NCBI GenBank assembly: GCA_965261595.1
Contig: CBDHDG010000007.1
Span: 480,001 to 544,000, forward strand
DNA length: 64,000 bases
Direction: 5' to 3'
DNA from: a bacterium
Lineage (GTDB): Bacteria > UBA8248 > JACPRG01 > G963555815
The notes under the pieces are model-generated. The model saw only the letters and a program-made list of their open reading frames with translations. It ran no database searches and was not told the origin of the DNA. The position numbers and the translations under genes are program-made. Positions 49,420 to 59,340 of the stretch are shown here, in pieces (position 1 is the first letter of the stretch; the number at the start of each line of letters is the position of its first letter).

Positions 49420-49599
49420 GGATGTTTCGGAAGGCTGTCCGGCCTTCTTCGGAGTTCCCCGAATCGCGTAGGATTCGGCGAAGTGCAGGGGGGAGAGAAG
49501 GGACTTTGTGTGACCGCGATCGGCGCTTGCCGGCGCACGACCCGGGACGGCGCTCTTCCCATAGGCGACGATTAACCTGAGAAGGACGGATCAAGGCCC

Positions 49600-50259
49600 A
49601 TGCTGAGCTGGCTCCCAGAAAATGTTTCCACCTACGGAGGGGAGATCGATTCCCTCTTCTATGTCATCTACTACATCACACTGATCGCCTTCCTGCTGGT
49701 GGCGATCACGATGATCGTCTTTCTCATCAAATATCGGCATCGGGAAGGTCGGCGCGCGACCTACACCCACGGGAACAACACCCTCGAGGTGATCTGGACC
49801 ATTGTTCCGGCCGTTATCCTCGTCATCCTGGCCTTCATGGGGCAGGATTTGTGGGAAAATATCAAAATGCGAACCCCCCCGGGGGACGTCCATGTCCAAG
49901 TGACCTCGAAGCAGTTCAACTGGGACATGGTTTATCCCGGACCGGACAAGAAGTTCGGGACGAAGGACGACCTCAAGATCGAGAACGAGCTGCACGTTCC
50001 GGTCAACAAGGTCGTGATCCTGACGCTGATGTCGACGGACGTGATTCACAGCTTCTTCGTCCCCAACCTGAGGCTCAAGCAGGACACCCTGCCGGGCAGG
50101 GAGATCCCGGCTTGGTTCGAGGCCATCAAGGCCGGAACCTACGAAATCCCGTGCGCCGAGTTGTGCGGGTTCGGCCATTCAGGCATGAAGGGAACATTGA
50201 TTGTTCACACCCCGGCCGATTACGCCAAGTGGGTCAAGAAGCATTGGCCGTCCTCCTAG
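49600..50259 (+). CDS. coxB: cytochrome c oxidase subunit II
   Basis: EVIWT, DVIHSF, CAELCGFGHSGM CuA motif. Confidence 0.95.
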   Translation: MLSWLPENVSTYGGEIDSLFYVIYYITLIAFLLVAITMIVFLIKYRHREGRRATYTHGNNTLEVIWTIVPAVILVILAFMGQDLWENIKMRTPPGDVHVQVTSKQFNWDMVYPGPDKKFGTKDDLKIENELHVPVNKVVILTLMSTDVIHSFFVPNLRLKQDTLPGREIPAWFEAIKAGTYEIPCAELCGFGHSGMKGTLIVHTPADYAKWVKKHWPSS

Positions 50260-50331
50260 CCCGCCGGAACCGGAAGGGCACGAGGGCGATTCGAAACAAC
50301 CCCAGGAGTTCCCGATTGCAAAGGGGGGGAG

Positions 50332-52083
50332 ATGAGTGAAGCGGCTGCCGGCCATGCGGCGCATGAGCAGGCTCACGGCCACGGCGAGAGTTTCATCGAC
50401 AAATACATTTTCTCGACCGACCACAAGATGATCGCCAAGCAGTTTCTTTGGTACGGCTTGATCATGATGATTTTCGGCGGGTTGTTCGCCATGATGGTCC
50501 GCTGGCAGCTGGCGTGGCCGGAGACGGCGGTGCCCGGGTTCGGATGGGTTCCCGAGCCCTATATGTACGGTGGGATCATTCCGCCCGCGTTTTACAACAC
50601 GCTGTTCACCATGCACGCCACCATCATGATCTTCTTCGTGGTCATGCCGATCCTGGTGGGCTGCTTCGGGAATTACCTGATCCCGCTGATGATCGGCGCC
50701 GAGGACATGGCGTTCCCCAAGCTCAACATGCTCTCCTTCTGGGTGGCCGTGATAGCCGCCGTCGTGATGATCGCGGGGTTCTTCGTCCCCGGCGGGCATG
50801 CGGCCGGGGGCTGGACGGCGTACGCGCCCCTCTCGGCGAAAGAAGAGTTCACCAGCGTCGGAATGGGCATGAACCTTTGGATCATCAGTCTGATCATCCT
50901 GGGGTTCTCCTCGATGGGCGGCTCCATCAATTACATCACCACCACCATCAACATGCGCGCCTCCGGGATGACGTTCTTCCGGATGCCCCTCGTCCTGTGG
51001 TCCCTCTTTGTCGTCGCGGTCCTTCTTCTGCTGGCGCTGCCGGTCCTGGTGGCCGGTTTGGCGATGCTGCTGTTCGACCGGATGTTGGGCTCCAGCTTCT
51101 TCCTGGCCGAGGGCGGCGGCGACCCCCTGCTCTGGCAGCATATATTCTGGTTTTTCGGCCATCCCGAGGTGTACGTCCTGATCCTGCCAGCGATGGGGAT
51201 CGCCTCCGATGTCCTCTCGACCTTCTCGCGGAAACCCGTCTTCGGCTACCGCTCGATGGCCTACGCGTTGATCGCCATCGGTTTCCTCGGGTTCGTCGTC
51301 TGGGGCCACCACATGTTCCAGAGCGGGATGAACCCGGCCCTGGGAACCGGCTTCATGATCTCGACAATGGTCATCGCGGTTCCCTCCGCCATCAAGACCT
51401 TCAACTGGCTGGGCACGCTGTGGGGGGGGCAGATCCGCTTCACCGTCCCCATGCTGAACGCCCTGGCCTTCGTTTCGATGTTCGTGATCGGCGGCCTGAG
51501 CGGAATCTACATGGCTTCCACCCCCGTGGATATTTATATCCACGACACCTACTTCATCGTGGCCCACATCCATTACGTCGTCTTCGGAGGCAGCTTCTTC
51601 GGCCTCTTCGCCGGCATCTATTACTGGTACCCGAAGATGTTCGGAAAAGAGATGAGCAAGAAACTGGGCTACTGGCATTTTTTCCCGACGTTCGTTTTCT
51701 TCAACTGCACGTTCTTCCCGATGCACATTCTGGGCGTGGGCGGAATGATGCGACGAATTTACAACCCGGCGGAGTATGATTTTCTCCAGCCCCTCCTGCC
51801 CATGAATGTGTTCGTGACGGTCAGCGCCATCCTGCTCGGATTCTCCCAGATCCCCTTCGTCATCAACTTCATCGGGAGCATGGTGAAAGGGAAGAAGGCC
51901 GCTGAGAACCCCTGGCAGGCCAACACCGTGGAGTGGAGCGCGCCGACGCCCGTTCCACACGGCAACTTCCCGGTCGCCCCGGTGGTATACCGGGGCCCCT
52001 ATGAGTACAGCTCGCCCGAGGTGACCGAGGACTGGCTTCCCCAGACCAAGAAGCTCGAGACCCAAGCGGATTCGGCCCACTGA
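50332..52083 (+). CDS. ctaD: cytochrome c oxidase subunit I (type A1)
   Basis: DMAFP, GHPEVY, WGHHM, HDTYFIVAHIHY, MMRR. Confidence 0.97.
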   Translation: MSEAAAGHAAHEQAHGHGESFIDKYIFSTDHKMIAKQFLWYGLIMMIFGGLFAMMVRWQLAWPETAVPGFGWVPEPYMYGGIIPPAFYNTLFTMHATIMIFFVVMPILVGCFGNYLIPLMIGAEDMAFPKLNMLSFWVAVIAAVVMIAGFFVPGGHAAGGWTAYAPLSAKEEFTSVGMGMNLWIISLIILGFSSMGGSINYITTTINMRASGMTFFRMPLVLWSLFVVAVLLLLALPVLVAGLAMLLFDRMLGSSFFLAEGGGDPLLWQHIFWFFGHPEVYVLILPAMGIASDVLSTFSRKPVFGYRSMAYALIAIGFLGFVVWGHHMFQSGMNPALGTGFMISTMVIAVPSAIKTFNWLGTLWGGQIRFTVPMLNALAFVSMFVIGGLSGIYMASTPVDIYIHDTYFIVAHIHYVVFGGSFFGLFAGIYYWYPKMFGKEMSKKLGYWHFFPTFVFFNCTFFPMHILGVGGMMRRIYNPAEYDFLQPLLPMNVFVTVSAILLGFSQIPFVINFIGSMVKGKKAAENPWQANTVEWSAPTPVPHGNFPVAPVVYRGPYEYSSPEVTEDWLPQTKKLETQADSAH

Positions 52084-52105
52084 GAGCGGCTTTGAGAAGC
52101 GGAGA

Positions 52106-53119
52106 ATGATGGGGAGCGCCGACCGTCAAATCCGAGACCGGAGGGAAAGCCGATCCGGGTTGCTCCACGGATTTGCCGTCCTGACGGCGTGGTGCACCTT
52201 CGGGTTGATCTTCATCGGCGGACTCGTCACGAGCACCGGTTCGGGCCTAGCCGTCCCGGACTGGCCGCTTGCCTTCGGCCAGGTATTCCCGAAGCTGGCC
52301 GGCGGGGTGCTCTTTGAGCACGGCCACCGTCTGGCCGCCGCCGCGGTGGGCCTGTTGACGGTCATCCTCACGGTCTGGATCTGCATGAGGGACTCCCGAA
52401 AATGGGTCCGGGTTCTGGCCCTGTCGGGTCTGGGCGCGGTCATTTTCCAGGGATTGCTCGGGGGCGCCACCGTCGTCCTGCAACTGCCGACGGCGGTTTC
52501 CGTTTCACACGCCCTGCTCGCCCAGGTCTTCTTTTGCGTGATGGTGACGCTCGCAATTGTCACGAACCCCGGTTGGAGAACCCGATCCCCTGAAGAATCG
52601 GCCAAGGGAGCGGCGGCGGGAGAGGGGGGAGGAGACCCCGGCTTGCAAAGGCTTTGCGTCGCGACGGCTGCGGTCATCTTCATCCAGTTGCTGCTCGGGG
52701 CGCTGATGCGGCACACCCACGCGGGGCTCGCCATTCCGGATTTCCCGCTCGCCTTCGGGGGCCTTGTTCCGCCGCTGGGCGATCCGCGCGTTGTGATCCA
52801 TTTTCTGCACCGCCTGGGCGCGGCGGCCGTGGCCGGGTTCGTGATTTGGACCGCGACGCGGGTCATCCGCCGCCGCCCGGAAGAATCGAAACTGCTTTGG
52901 CCCGCTTGTTCTCTGCTCGCCCTGTTGGCCTTTCAGATCATCCTGGGCGCTTTGATCATCTGGACGCGCAAGGCGGTGATCCCGACGACGGCCCACGTGG
53001 CCGTCGGCGCGGGGATCCTGGCCGTCACGGTGATCCTGACGCTACGCCTCCGGGCGCGCCGGGAGACGGAAGACGCCCCGGGCGCGCACCGGTGGGTTGC
53101 GGAGGGCGTTCCGGTATGA
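52106..53119 (+). CDS. ctaA: heme A synthase (COX15/CtaA)
   Basis: GLAVPDWP, EHGHR, HFLHR; position in the operon. Confidence 0.88.
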   Translation: MMGSADRQIRDRRESRSGLLHGFAVLTAWCTFGLIFIGGLVTSTGSGLAVPDWPLAFGQVFPKLAGGVLFEHGHRLAAAAVGLLTVILTVWICMRDSRKWVRVLALSGLGAVIFQGLLGGATVVLQLPTAVSVSHALLAQVFFCVMVTLAIVTNPGWRTRSPEESAKGAAAGEGGGDPGLQRLCVATAAVIFIQLLLGALMRHTHAGLAIPDFPLAFGGLVPPLGDPRVVIHFLHRLGAAAVAGFVIWTATRVIRRRPEESKLLWPACSLLALLAFQIILGALIIWTRKAVIPTTAHVAVGAGILAVTVILTLRLRARRETEDAPGAHRWVAEGVPV

Positions 53120-54021
53120 CGACGCGCGCGCAGACCCTGTCAATCGGTTTCACGGGCGTACGCCGGCGGGCCGGGGATTTTCTGGAGATGAGCAAACCCC
53201 GCGTCGTCTTGATGGTCCTGACGTCGATCCTCGTCGGCTTCTACCTGGGCGCGAGGGGGGTTGTGGATTATTGGGTTTTGCTTCAGACCCTGGCGGCGAC
53301 GGGGCTGACCACCGGGGGGACGCTCGCGTTGAACCAATACCTGGAGCGGGAGGTGGACGCCCAAATGGAGAGGACCCGGCTCCGGCCATTGCCGGACGGC
53401 CGTCTGAAGCCGGCGGAGGCCCTGGGATTCGGTGTGATCCTCGTCACCGCGGGTTTGCTCTACGCGACGTTTGCGGTGAACGTGCTGACGGGCTTTCTGA
53501 CCGCCTTGATCGTCGGCGCCTATCTCCTTCTGTATACGCCGCTGAAGGTGAAAACCGAGTTTTGCAATCTTCCCGGCGCCGTTGCGGGCGCGCTCCCGCC
53601 GGTGGTGGGGTGGGCCGCGGCCACCGGATCGCTGGAAATGAAGGCATGGGTGCTGTTCGCCATCATGTTCGTCTGGCAGTTCCCTCACCTGTTGGCCATT
53701 GGCTGGCTGTACAAGGAGGAATACGCGCGCGCGGGCGTCCGGCACATTGTGAGCAAGGACGCGAACCCCAGGGGCATCGGCCGGCAGATTGTGATCAACT
53801 GCTTGGCCCTCCTGGTCCTGGGATTGATGCCCACGCTGGTCGGTCTGGCGGGATCGGTTTACTTCATCGCCGCCCTGGCCGTCGGAATCGCTTTCCTGGT
53901 GTGCGGGATCGGGGCCGCCTTCTCGTTGACGGAATCCAGCGCCCGAAGGCTCCTGGTGGCCTCGCTGGTGCACTTGCCGGTCCTGCTCCTGTTGATGGTG
54001 ATCGACAAGGTTCCGGCCTAG
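53116..54021 (+). CDS. cyoE: protoheme IX farnesyltransferase (heme O synthase)
   Basis: KPRV, NQYLEREVDAQMERTRLRPLP, YTPLK, WQFPH; ATGA overlap. Confidence 0.93.
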   Translation: MTTRAQTLSIGFTGVRRRAGDFLEMSKPRVVLMVLTSILVGFYLGARGVVDYWVLLQTLAATGLTTGGTLALNQYLEREVDAQMERTRLRPLPDGRLKPAEALGFGVILVTAGLLYATFAVNVLTGFLTALIVGAYLLLYTPLKVKTEFCNLPGAVAGALPPVVGWAAATGSLEMKAWVLFAIMFVWQFPHLLAIGWLYKEEYARAGVRHIVSKDANPRGIGRQIVINCLALLVLGLMPTLVGLAGSVYFIAALAVGIAFLVCGIGAAFSLTESSARRLLVASLVHLPVLLLLMVIDKVPA

Positions 54022-54041
54022 CGGGGCGGGTTGTTGAATCG

Positions 54042-54152
54042 ATGAGCGCCCTGAGCGTAAAAGAGCGAAACCGGCGTTTGGTCGCAATCCTGGCGCTGAC
54101 CGCCGGGGGGATTTTCGTCCTCGCGGTGGTCGGCATCTTGACTTTGAACTGA
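54042..54152 (+). CDS. small single-TM protein in the cox operon
   Basis: MSALSVKERNRRLVAILALTAGGIFVLAVVGILTLN fills the intergenic gap. Confidence 0.5.
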   Translation: MSALSVKERNRRLVAILALTAGGIFVLAVVGILTLN

Positions 54153-54192
54153 GGTCGCTGAAGGTTCTTGGCGCCTTTCGGGGAGCCGGAGG

Positions 54193-54882
54193 ATGGTTGG
54201 GACAATCCCGGCGGATGCGGCCGTTGAAGAAAAGCTCGGAGGTTCCATTCCGCCGGAGCCGCCCGGGGGGCCGCCGCGCGACGACGGGGGACCGCGACCC
54301 GACTCCTCCCCGCGGGGCGAGCCGGGGAAACGGCCCGTGGGCAACGCCTACATCGGCCTGGCCATGTTTCTGGGGGCGGAAGCGATGTTTTTCGCCGGGC
54401 TCATCGCGGCCTTTCTGGTTTTCCGGTACGGAAGCCTGGTTTGGCCCCCGCCGTTTCAGCCCCGCCTGCCGTTGGGGGTGACGTGGGCCAACACGGGGGT
54501 CCTGCTCCTCAGCGCGCTGACGATGTTGTTGGCCTGGATGGCCTGGAAGAAGAGAGATCGGAAGAGGCTGATCAGACACCTGATCATCACGTCGGTGTTG
54601 GGGGGGGTGTTCCTGGCCGTTCAGGGCTCCGAGTGGGCCCGTCTCCTCCACTTCGGTCTTACGATCTCCAGCGGGGTGTATGGCGCGACCTTCTACACGC
54701 TGATCGGTTTTCACGGACTCCACGTCATCGGCGCGGTGATCTGGCTTGTGAGTGTTTCCGTCATGCTCCGGCGGGCGCCCTTCGCCCCGCGCTTTCGGAT
54801 AAGGCTTGAATTGTGCGCCATCTACTGGTATTTCGTCGTTGGGCTTTGGCCGGTGTTGTTCGGTTTGGTGTACTTGAGCTGA
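54193..54882 (+). CDS. cytochrome c oxidase subunit III family protein
   Basis: FLGAEAMFFAGL, FYTLIGFHGLHV, YWYFV. Confidence 0.9.
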   Translation: MVGTIPADAAVEEKLGGSIPPEPPGGPPRDDGGPRPDSSPRGEPGKRPVGNAYIGLAMFLGAEAMFFAGLIAAFLVFRYGSLVWPPPFQPRLPLGVTWANTGVLLLSALTMLLAWMAWKKRDRKRLIRHLIITSVLGGVFLAVQGSEWARLLHFGLTISSGVYGATFYTLIGFHGLHVIGAVIWLVSVSVMLRRAPFAPRFRIRLELCAIYWYFVVGLWPVLFGLVYLS

Positions 54883-54910
54883 GCGAGCCGAATCGAAGGG
54901 TGGCGGGAGG

Positions 54911-55207
54911 ATGAAGTTGGAACGGGTTTCGAGGTTTAGGAAGAGGGCGCATTCCGGCGTTGCCTGGACGGCCGCCTTTGTCTGGGCGCTCTCGCCCGGG
55001 CCCGCCAGGGCCTGCGCGCTCTGCTTCGGAGACGTGGAATCCCTGGCGGGTTTCACCGTAAGCTGGCTTTTTCTCGTATTGATGCCCTTCGCCGTATTCG
55101 GCTCCGTCGGGGGATGGATCTATTGGATCCACCGGCGGAATGCATCGCGGAATTCGCCTGAGCGTTCGGGACGCCCGGCCTTGACACAGAAGGAGAGCGG
55201 ATGTTGA
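54911..55207 (+). CDS. small membrane protein with exported CxxC (ACALCFG)
   Basis: Signal-like segment, CxxC, one TM; in the operon. Confidence 0.65.
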   Translation: MKLERVSRFRKRAHSGVAWTAAFVWALSPGPARACALCFGDVESLAGFTVSWLFLVLMPFAVFGSVGGWIYWIHRRNASRNSPERSGRPALTQKESGC

Positions 55208-55821
55208 CGCAAGAAGCGGCTGTTCACGCCGGCGCGGGGACGCACGAATCTCCTCTGACGCCGGAAAGCTGGGGCAAGCTGGGGATGTGGCTCTTCCTCG
55301 TGGGGGACGCCATGTCCTTCGGCGGTCTGCTGGCCGCCTATGGCGCGGCCCGGCTGGGAAGCGTCGATTGGCCGAATTCATCGGAGGTTCTGGGGATCAA
55401 CCTGACGGCGTTCATGACCTTCCTGCTGATTTGCAGCAGCTTGACGATGGTCAAGGCCCTTGCGGCCGTGAAACAAGGAGATGGGAAGGGTTTTCAGAAG
55501 TTCATGCTCCTGACCATCTCGGGGGGTGTCATCTTCCTCGCCCTCCAGGCGTATGAGTGGAACCATCTCATCAATACGGGCCTGAATATCAGCAGCAACC
55601 CGTGGGGAGCCTCGCTCTTCGGAGCGACTTTCTTCGCGATTACGGGTTTCCACGGACTGCATGTGACGGGCGGGGTCATCTATCTGAGCTGCGTTCTGAT
55701 TGAAGGTAAACGGGGACGGTTCGCCGGTGGAAAGTTCCAGCGGGTCGAAGTCGTGGGCCTCTACTGGCACTTCGTCGACTTGGTCTGGATTCTGGTGTTC
55801 ACGTTCGTTTACCTGTTGTGA
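55201..55821 (+). CDS. cytochrome c oxidase subunit III family protein, second
   Basis: KLGMWLFL, TGFHGLHV, GLYWHFVDLVW. Confidence 0.92.
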   Translation: MLTQEAAVHAGAGTHESPLTPESWGKLGMWLFLVGDAMSFGGLLAAYGAARLGSVDWPNSSEVLGINLTAFMTFLLICSSLTMVKALAAVKQGDGKGFQKFMLLTISGGVIFLALQAYEWNHLINTGLNISSNPWGASLFGATFFAITGFHGLHVTGGVIYLSCVLIEGKRGRFAGGKFQRVEVVGLYWHFVDLVWILVFTFVYLL

Positions 55822-55852
55822 ACCCTCGGCATGAAATGAAGGGAACGCCCTG

Positions 55853-56245
55853 ATGGCGGAAGAACACAAAGACACCAATTACATGGCCATCTTCTGGTGG
55901 CTTCTGGCGCTGACGATCCTCGAGGTTCTGGCGGCCATCTCTCCGATCGGCCAGGGCGCAAAGGCGACGCTTCTGGTGGTGATGGCCCTGGCCAAAGCCA
56001 TTCTGGTCGCCATGTATTTCATGCACCTGCGGTTCGAGACGAGAACCTTGGCCGCGATCGTCGTCACGCCGCTTGTTTTGTGCGTGTTCCTGTTGGTCAT
56101 GCTGTTCCCCGACATGCTGACGAATCCCAGCCAAACGGCGAAAACCTGGGGCGTTGAGAAGGTCAAGAAGGTGGACGCCGCTGACACGGACGATGATGAC
56201 GATGATGATGAAGATGATGATGAAGATGATGATGAAGATGATTGA
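55853..56245 (+). CDS. cytochrome c oxidase subunit IV family protein with acidic tail
   Basis: LTILEV, KAILVAMYFMHLRFE. Confidence 0.88.
   Translation: MAEEHKDTNYMAIFWWLLALTILEVLAAISPIGQGAKATLLVVMALAKAILVAMYFMHLRFETRTLAAIVVTPLVLCVFLLVMLFPDMLTNPSQTAKTWGVEKVKKVDAADTDDDDDDDEDDDEDDDEDD
56189..56242 (+). repeat. GAY/GAA trinucleotide-type repeat encoding poly-Asp/Glu
   Basis: (GATGATGATGAA)x3 within 18 consecutive acidic codons. Confidence 0.85.
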
Positions 56246-56346
56246 CCGGGACGTCCGGAAGGCCTCGTCCTCCTGGGGCGGCGCGCCGCCCATCCGCTTT
56301 TCTCCGGTCCGTGAACCGGATTTCCCTTTGAAGAGAACGGCCGCCC

Positions 56347-56802
56347 GTGCTCTCGGTTGCTGACCTTCCCGCGGTCAACGCGACGCTCAACGCCATCAGC
56401 GCGGCGCTCCTGATCTGTGGTTACGCGTTCATCCGGCGGAAAAACGTAACGGCCCACAAGGCGTGCATGCTCTCCGCTTTCGTGGTCTCGATCCTCTTTC
56501 TGGCCTCTTATCTGACCTACCATTACCACGTGGGTTCCGTCCCGTTCGGAGGCCAGGGCAGGGCCCGGCCTGTCTATTTCACCATTCTCATCTCCCACAC
56601 CGTCTTGGCGGCGGCCATCCCGCCTTTGGCGCTGGTCACGCTTTACCGGGCGTGGAAGGAACAATTCGAAAAGCACAGGCGCATCGCCCAGTGGACGCTC
56701 CCGATCTGGATCTACGTTTCGCTCACGGGGGTGGTGGTCTATTTGATGCTTTACCGGATTTACGGGCCGGCCCTACCGATCCAGCCGCTTGGAGGCGGAT
56801 AG
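56347..56802 (+). CDS. DUF420 membrane protein
   Basis: LPAVNATLN, HKACM, FLASYL.YH, HRRIAQWT.PIW.YVS.TG. Confidence 0.9.
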   Translation: MLSVADLPAVNATLNAISAALLICGYAFIRRKNVTAHKACMLSAFVVSILFLASYLTYHYHVGSVPFGGQGRARPVYFTILISHTVLAAAIPPLALVTLYRAWKEQFEKHRRIAQWTLPIWIYVSLTGVVVYLMLYRIYGPALPIQPLGGG

Positions 56803-56862
56803 CGCCCGCGCCCCGGACGCCCGTGTTGTGATTTGTCCAGGGATGAAAGCACAGGGAATCGG

Positions 56863-57234
56863 ATGGACGGCCCGGGTGGTCTCAGCATCCTGCGCAGGGG
56901 CGCGCGCCTGAAATGCCCGCGCTGCGGAACCGGCGCATTGTTCCGGGGGTTCTTCGCGATGCGTCCTGAGTGTCCGGATTGCGGTCTTCTCACCGAGCCG
57001 GAGATGGGGTATTACGTGGGCGCGATTTACATCAACTACGGGTTCACCGTCGGGATCGCCGTGACGGGATATTTTCTTCTGGATGCGTACACAAACATCG
57101 CGCTGAAAGGCCAGCTTGTCCTGTGGATCCCGTTTTGCGTCTTGTTTCCACTCTTATTCTTCCGGCATTCCAAGAGCCTGTGGTTGAGTCTCGACATCCT
57201 CTTCAACCCGCCGAAGGAAGGCGGATCTCCGTAG
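56863..57234 (+). CDS. DUF983 domain protein
   Basis: CPRCG.G.LF...CPDCG plus two TM segments. Confidence 0.8.
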   Translation: MDGPGGLSILRRGARLKCPRCGTGALFRGFFAMRPECPDCGLLTEPEMGYYVGAIYINYGFTVGIAVTGYFLLDAYTNIALKGQLVLWIPFCVLFPLLFFRHSKSLWLSLDILFNPPKEGGSP

Positions 57235-57248
57235 AAAGCGTCCCGGCC

Positions 57249-58271
57249 GTGAGCCAACCCCCCATAAGCGTTGAACCCCTCCCCCCTGATTCGGCCGGCT
57301 CGCAGACCGAGCCGCCCGCGGTCGTCACCGAGGATCTCCACCACGCCTATGGCGCGCACATCGCGTTGAAAGGGGTCTCGCTCTCCGTCCGCCGGGGCGA
57401 GATTTTCGGCGTCCTGGGCGAGAATGGTGGCGGGAAGACCACGTTGTTCAAGATCCTCTCCACGCTCATGCCCCCCACCGGCGGAAGGGTCTCTCTCCTG
57501 GGTCGGGACGCCCTGAGGAATCCGCACGCCGTCCGAAAGCGCATCGGGGTGGTTTTCCAGCACGCGAGCCTCGACCCCAAGCTCACGGTCATCGAGAACC
57601 TCTTGCACCAGGGCCGGCTCTACGGCATGCGGGGAAGGGCCCTCAAAGAGCGGGCCCGGACAAACCTGGATCGCCTGGGCCTGGCCGGCCGGAGCCGGGA
57701 CCGGGCGGAAACCCTTTCCAGCGGCTTGAAACGCAGGGCGGAGCTGGCCAAGGCCCTCCTGCACCGGCCGGAAGTCCTCATCATGGATGAGCCTGGAACC
57801 GGTCTCGACCCCGGCGCCCGTTGTGATTTCGACGATTATCTGGCCGAGCTTCGGGAGTCGGATGGGACGACCGTTTTGTTGACGACGCATTTTCTGGAAG
57901 AGGCCGAGCGGTGCGACCGCGTCGCCTTCCTTCATCGGGGGGAGGTCGTCGCCCTGGGCGCGCCCGAGGAGATCAAGGCCCGCGTCGGCGGGGACGTGGT
58001 GGCTATCCACTCGGGCAATCCCGAAGGGTTGGGCGCGAAGGTGCGGGAGCGCTTCGGCTGCAAGGCGCAAGTCGTGCGCGGCGCGCTTCGCGTCGAGCGG
58101 CCGGAGGGCCATGAGTTCGTCCGGGAGGTGGTCAACGCCTTCCCCGGCGACATCCGCTCCGTCGCCTTCGGCAAGCCGACGCTGGAGGACGTCTTCGTCC
58201 GGCTGACCGGCCGCGGGCTCGACGACGGCGAGGCGGCGGAAAATGAGGGGGGGGGGGGGGCGGCGGCGTGA
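57249..58271 (+). CDS. ABC transporter ATP-binding protein (DrrA-like)
   Basis: GENGGGKTT, LSSG, IMDEP, TTH, PTLEDVF; start approximate. Confidence 0.9.
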   Translation: MSQPPISVEPLPPDSAGSQTEPPAVVTEDLHHAYGAHIALKGVSLSVRRGEIFGVLGENGGGKTTLFKILSTLMPPTGGRVSLLGRDALRNPHAVRKRIGVVFQHASLDPKLTVIENLLHQGRLYGMRGRALKERARTNLDRLGLAGRSRDRAETLSSGLKRRAELAKALLHRPEVLIMDEPGTGLDPGARCDFDDYLAELRESDGTTVLLTTHFLEEAERCDRVAFLHRGEVVALGAPEEIKARVGGDVVAIHSGNPEGLGAKVRERFGCKAQVVRGALRVERPEGHEFVREVVNAFPGDIRSVAFGKPTLEDVFVRLTGRGLDDGEAAENEGGGGAAA

Positions 58272-59068
58272 TGGGGTTCTGGCTGCCGGTCCTGTCCCTT
58301 TGGCGGCGGGAGATCGTCCGGTTCGTGAGACAAAGGAGCCGGGTCGTCGGCGCGCTGGTTCAGCCGCTGCTCTTCTGGGTCCTGCTGGGGAGCGGGTTCC
58401 GGGCGTCGTTCCGGGCGCCGGGAACGCCGGAGGGGGGGGGGGGAGGGGGGGGGATGAGCTATGCCGAGTATTTCTATCCGGGGATCATCGCGCTCGTCCT
58501 TCTCTTCACAGCGATCTTCTCGACCATTTCCACCGTCCAGGACCGGAGCGAAGGTTTTCTTCAGGGCGTGCTGGTGGCCCCGGCGCCCCGTTCGAGCATT
58601 GTCCTCGGGCAGGCCCTGGGCGGGACAACCCTGGCCCTCGTCGAGGGGCTGCTTCTCCTTCTCCTCGCCCCGCTGGCGGGCATCCCGCTGACGGTTCAAT
58701 CCGTGGTTCTGTCCCTGGCGGTGATGGCCCTGCTCTCTTTCGGGATGACGAGTCTGGGCCTCGCGATTGCCTGGCGGATGGAGTCGGTCCAGGGGTTTCA
58801 CGCCATCATGAACCTGTTCCTGATGCCGCTGTGGCTGCTTTCGGGGGCCATTTTTCCCGCCGAAGGGGCCCCTGTCTGGCTTGGATGGGTGATGCGGGTG
58901 AACCCGATGACCTACGGCGTCGCGGCCCTGCGGCGTTCCATGTACTGGGGGGGGGGAGGCCCGGCGAGTCCGCTTCCCTCTTTTTCGGCCTCCCTGACCG
59001 TCATGATCTTCTTTTCGGTCCTGATCTTCCTGACAACCGTCTGGATTGCTACGCGGCGCTCCGTCTAA
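58271..59068 (+). CDS. ABC-2 type transporter permease
   Basis: REIVRF, YFYPG, LSGAIFP, NPMTY. Confidence 0.9.
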   Translation: MGFWLPVLSLWRREIVRFVRQRSRVVGALVQPLLFWVLLGSGFRASFRAPGTPEGGGGGGGMSYAEYFYPGIIALVLLFTAIFSTISTVQDRSEGFLQGVLVAPAPRSSIVLGQALGGTTLALVEGLLLLLLAPLAGIPLTVQSVVLSLAVMALLSFGMTSLGLAIAWRMESVQGFHAIMNLFLMPLWLLSGAIFPAEGAPVWLGWVMRVNPMTYGVAALRRSMYWGGGGPASPLPSFSASLTVMIFFSVLIFLTTVWIATRRSV

Positions 59069-59123
59069 ACATCCGCGGAGGGAGAATTTTCCCCTGTGAG
59101 GATTGAGGGGAGTGTTTTTTTTA

Positions 59124-59152
59124 TTGACTTTCGTGTATTATTTGTCTATATT
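59124..59152 (+). promoter_or_regulatory. putative sigma70 promoter overlapping the IS1595 target site
   Basis: TTGACT-N17-TATATT. Confidence 0.5.
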
Positions 59153-59181
59153 CAAGGCGATTATATACTTCACAGGACCAA

Positions 59182-59340
59182 TCAGGAGTGGAGTTCGAGG
59201 GGATCGCTGATTTCCTCGTCGTTCTTGTCGGTGTTCTTCGCCTTTACTTTCTCTTTCTTGGGTTTATTCATAGTTAAGAGTTTCTCTAACAGCTTTCTGA
59301 ATTTCTTCTCATCTAAATTTTCGTCGTTACTCTTGCTCAT
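59182..59340 (-). CDS. small charged protein at the IS1595 end
   Basis: 52 aa MSKSNDENLDEKKFRKLLEKLL...; stops just inside the IR. Confidence 0.5.
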   Translation of the reverse strand: MSKSNDENLDEKKFRKLLEKLLTMNKPKKEKVKAKNTDKNDEEISDPLELHS

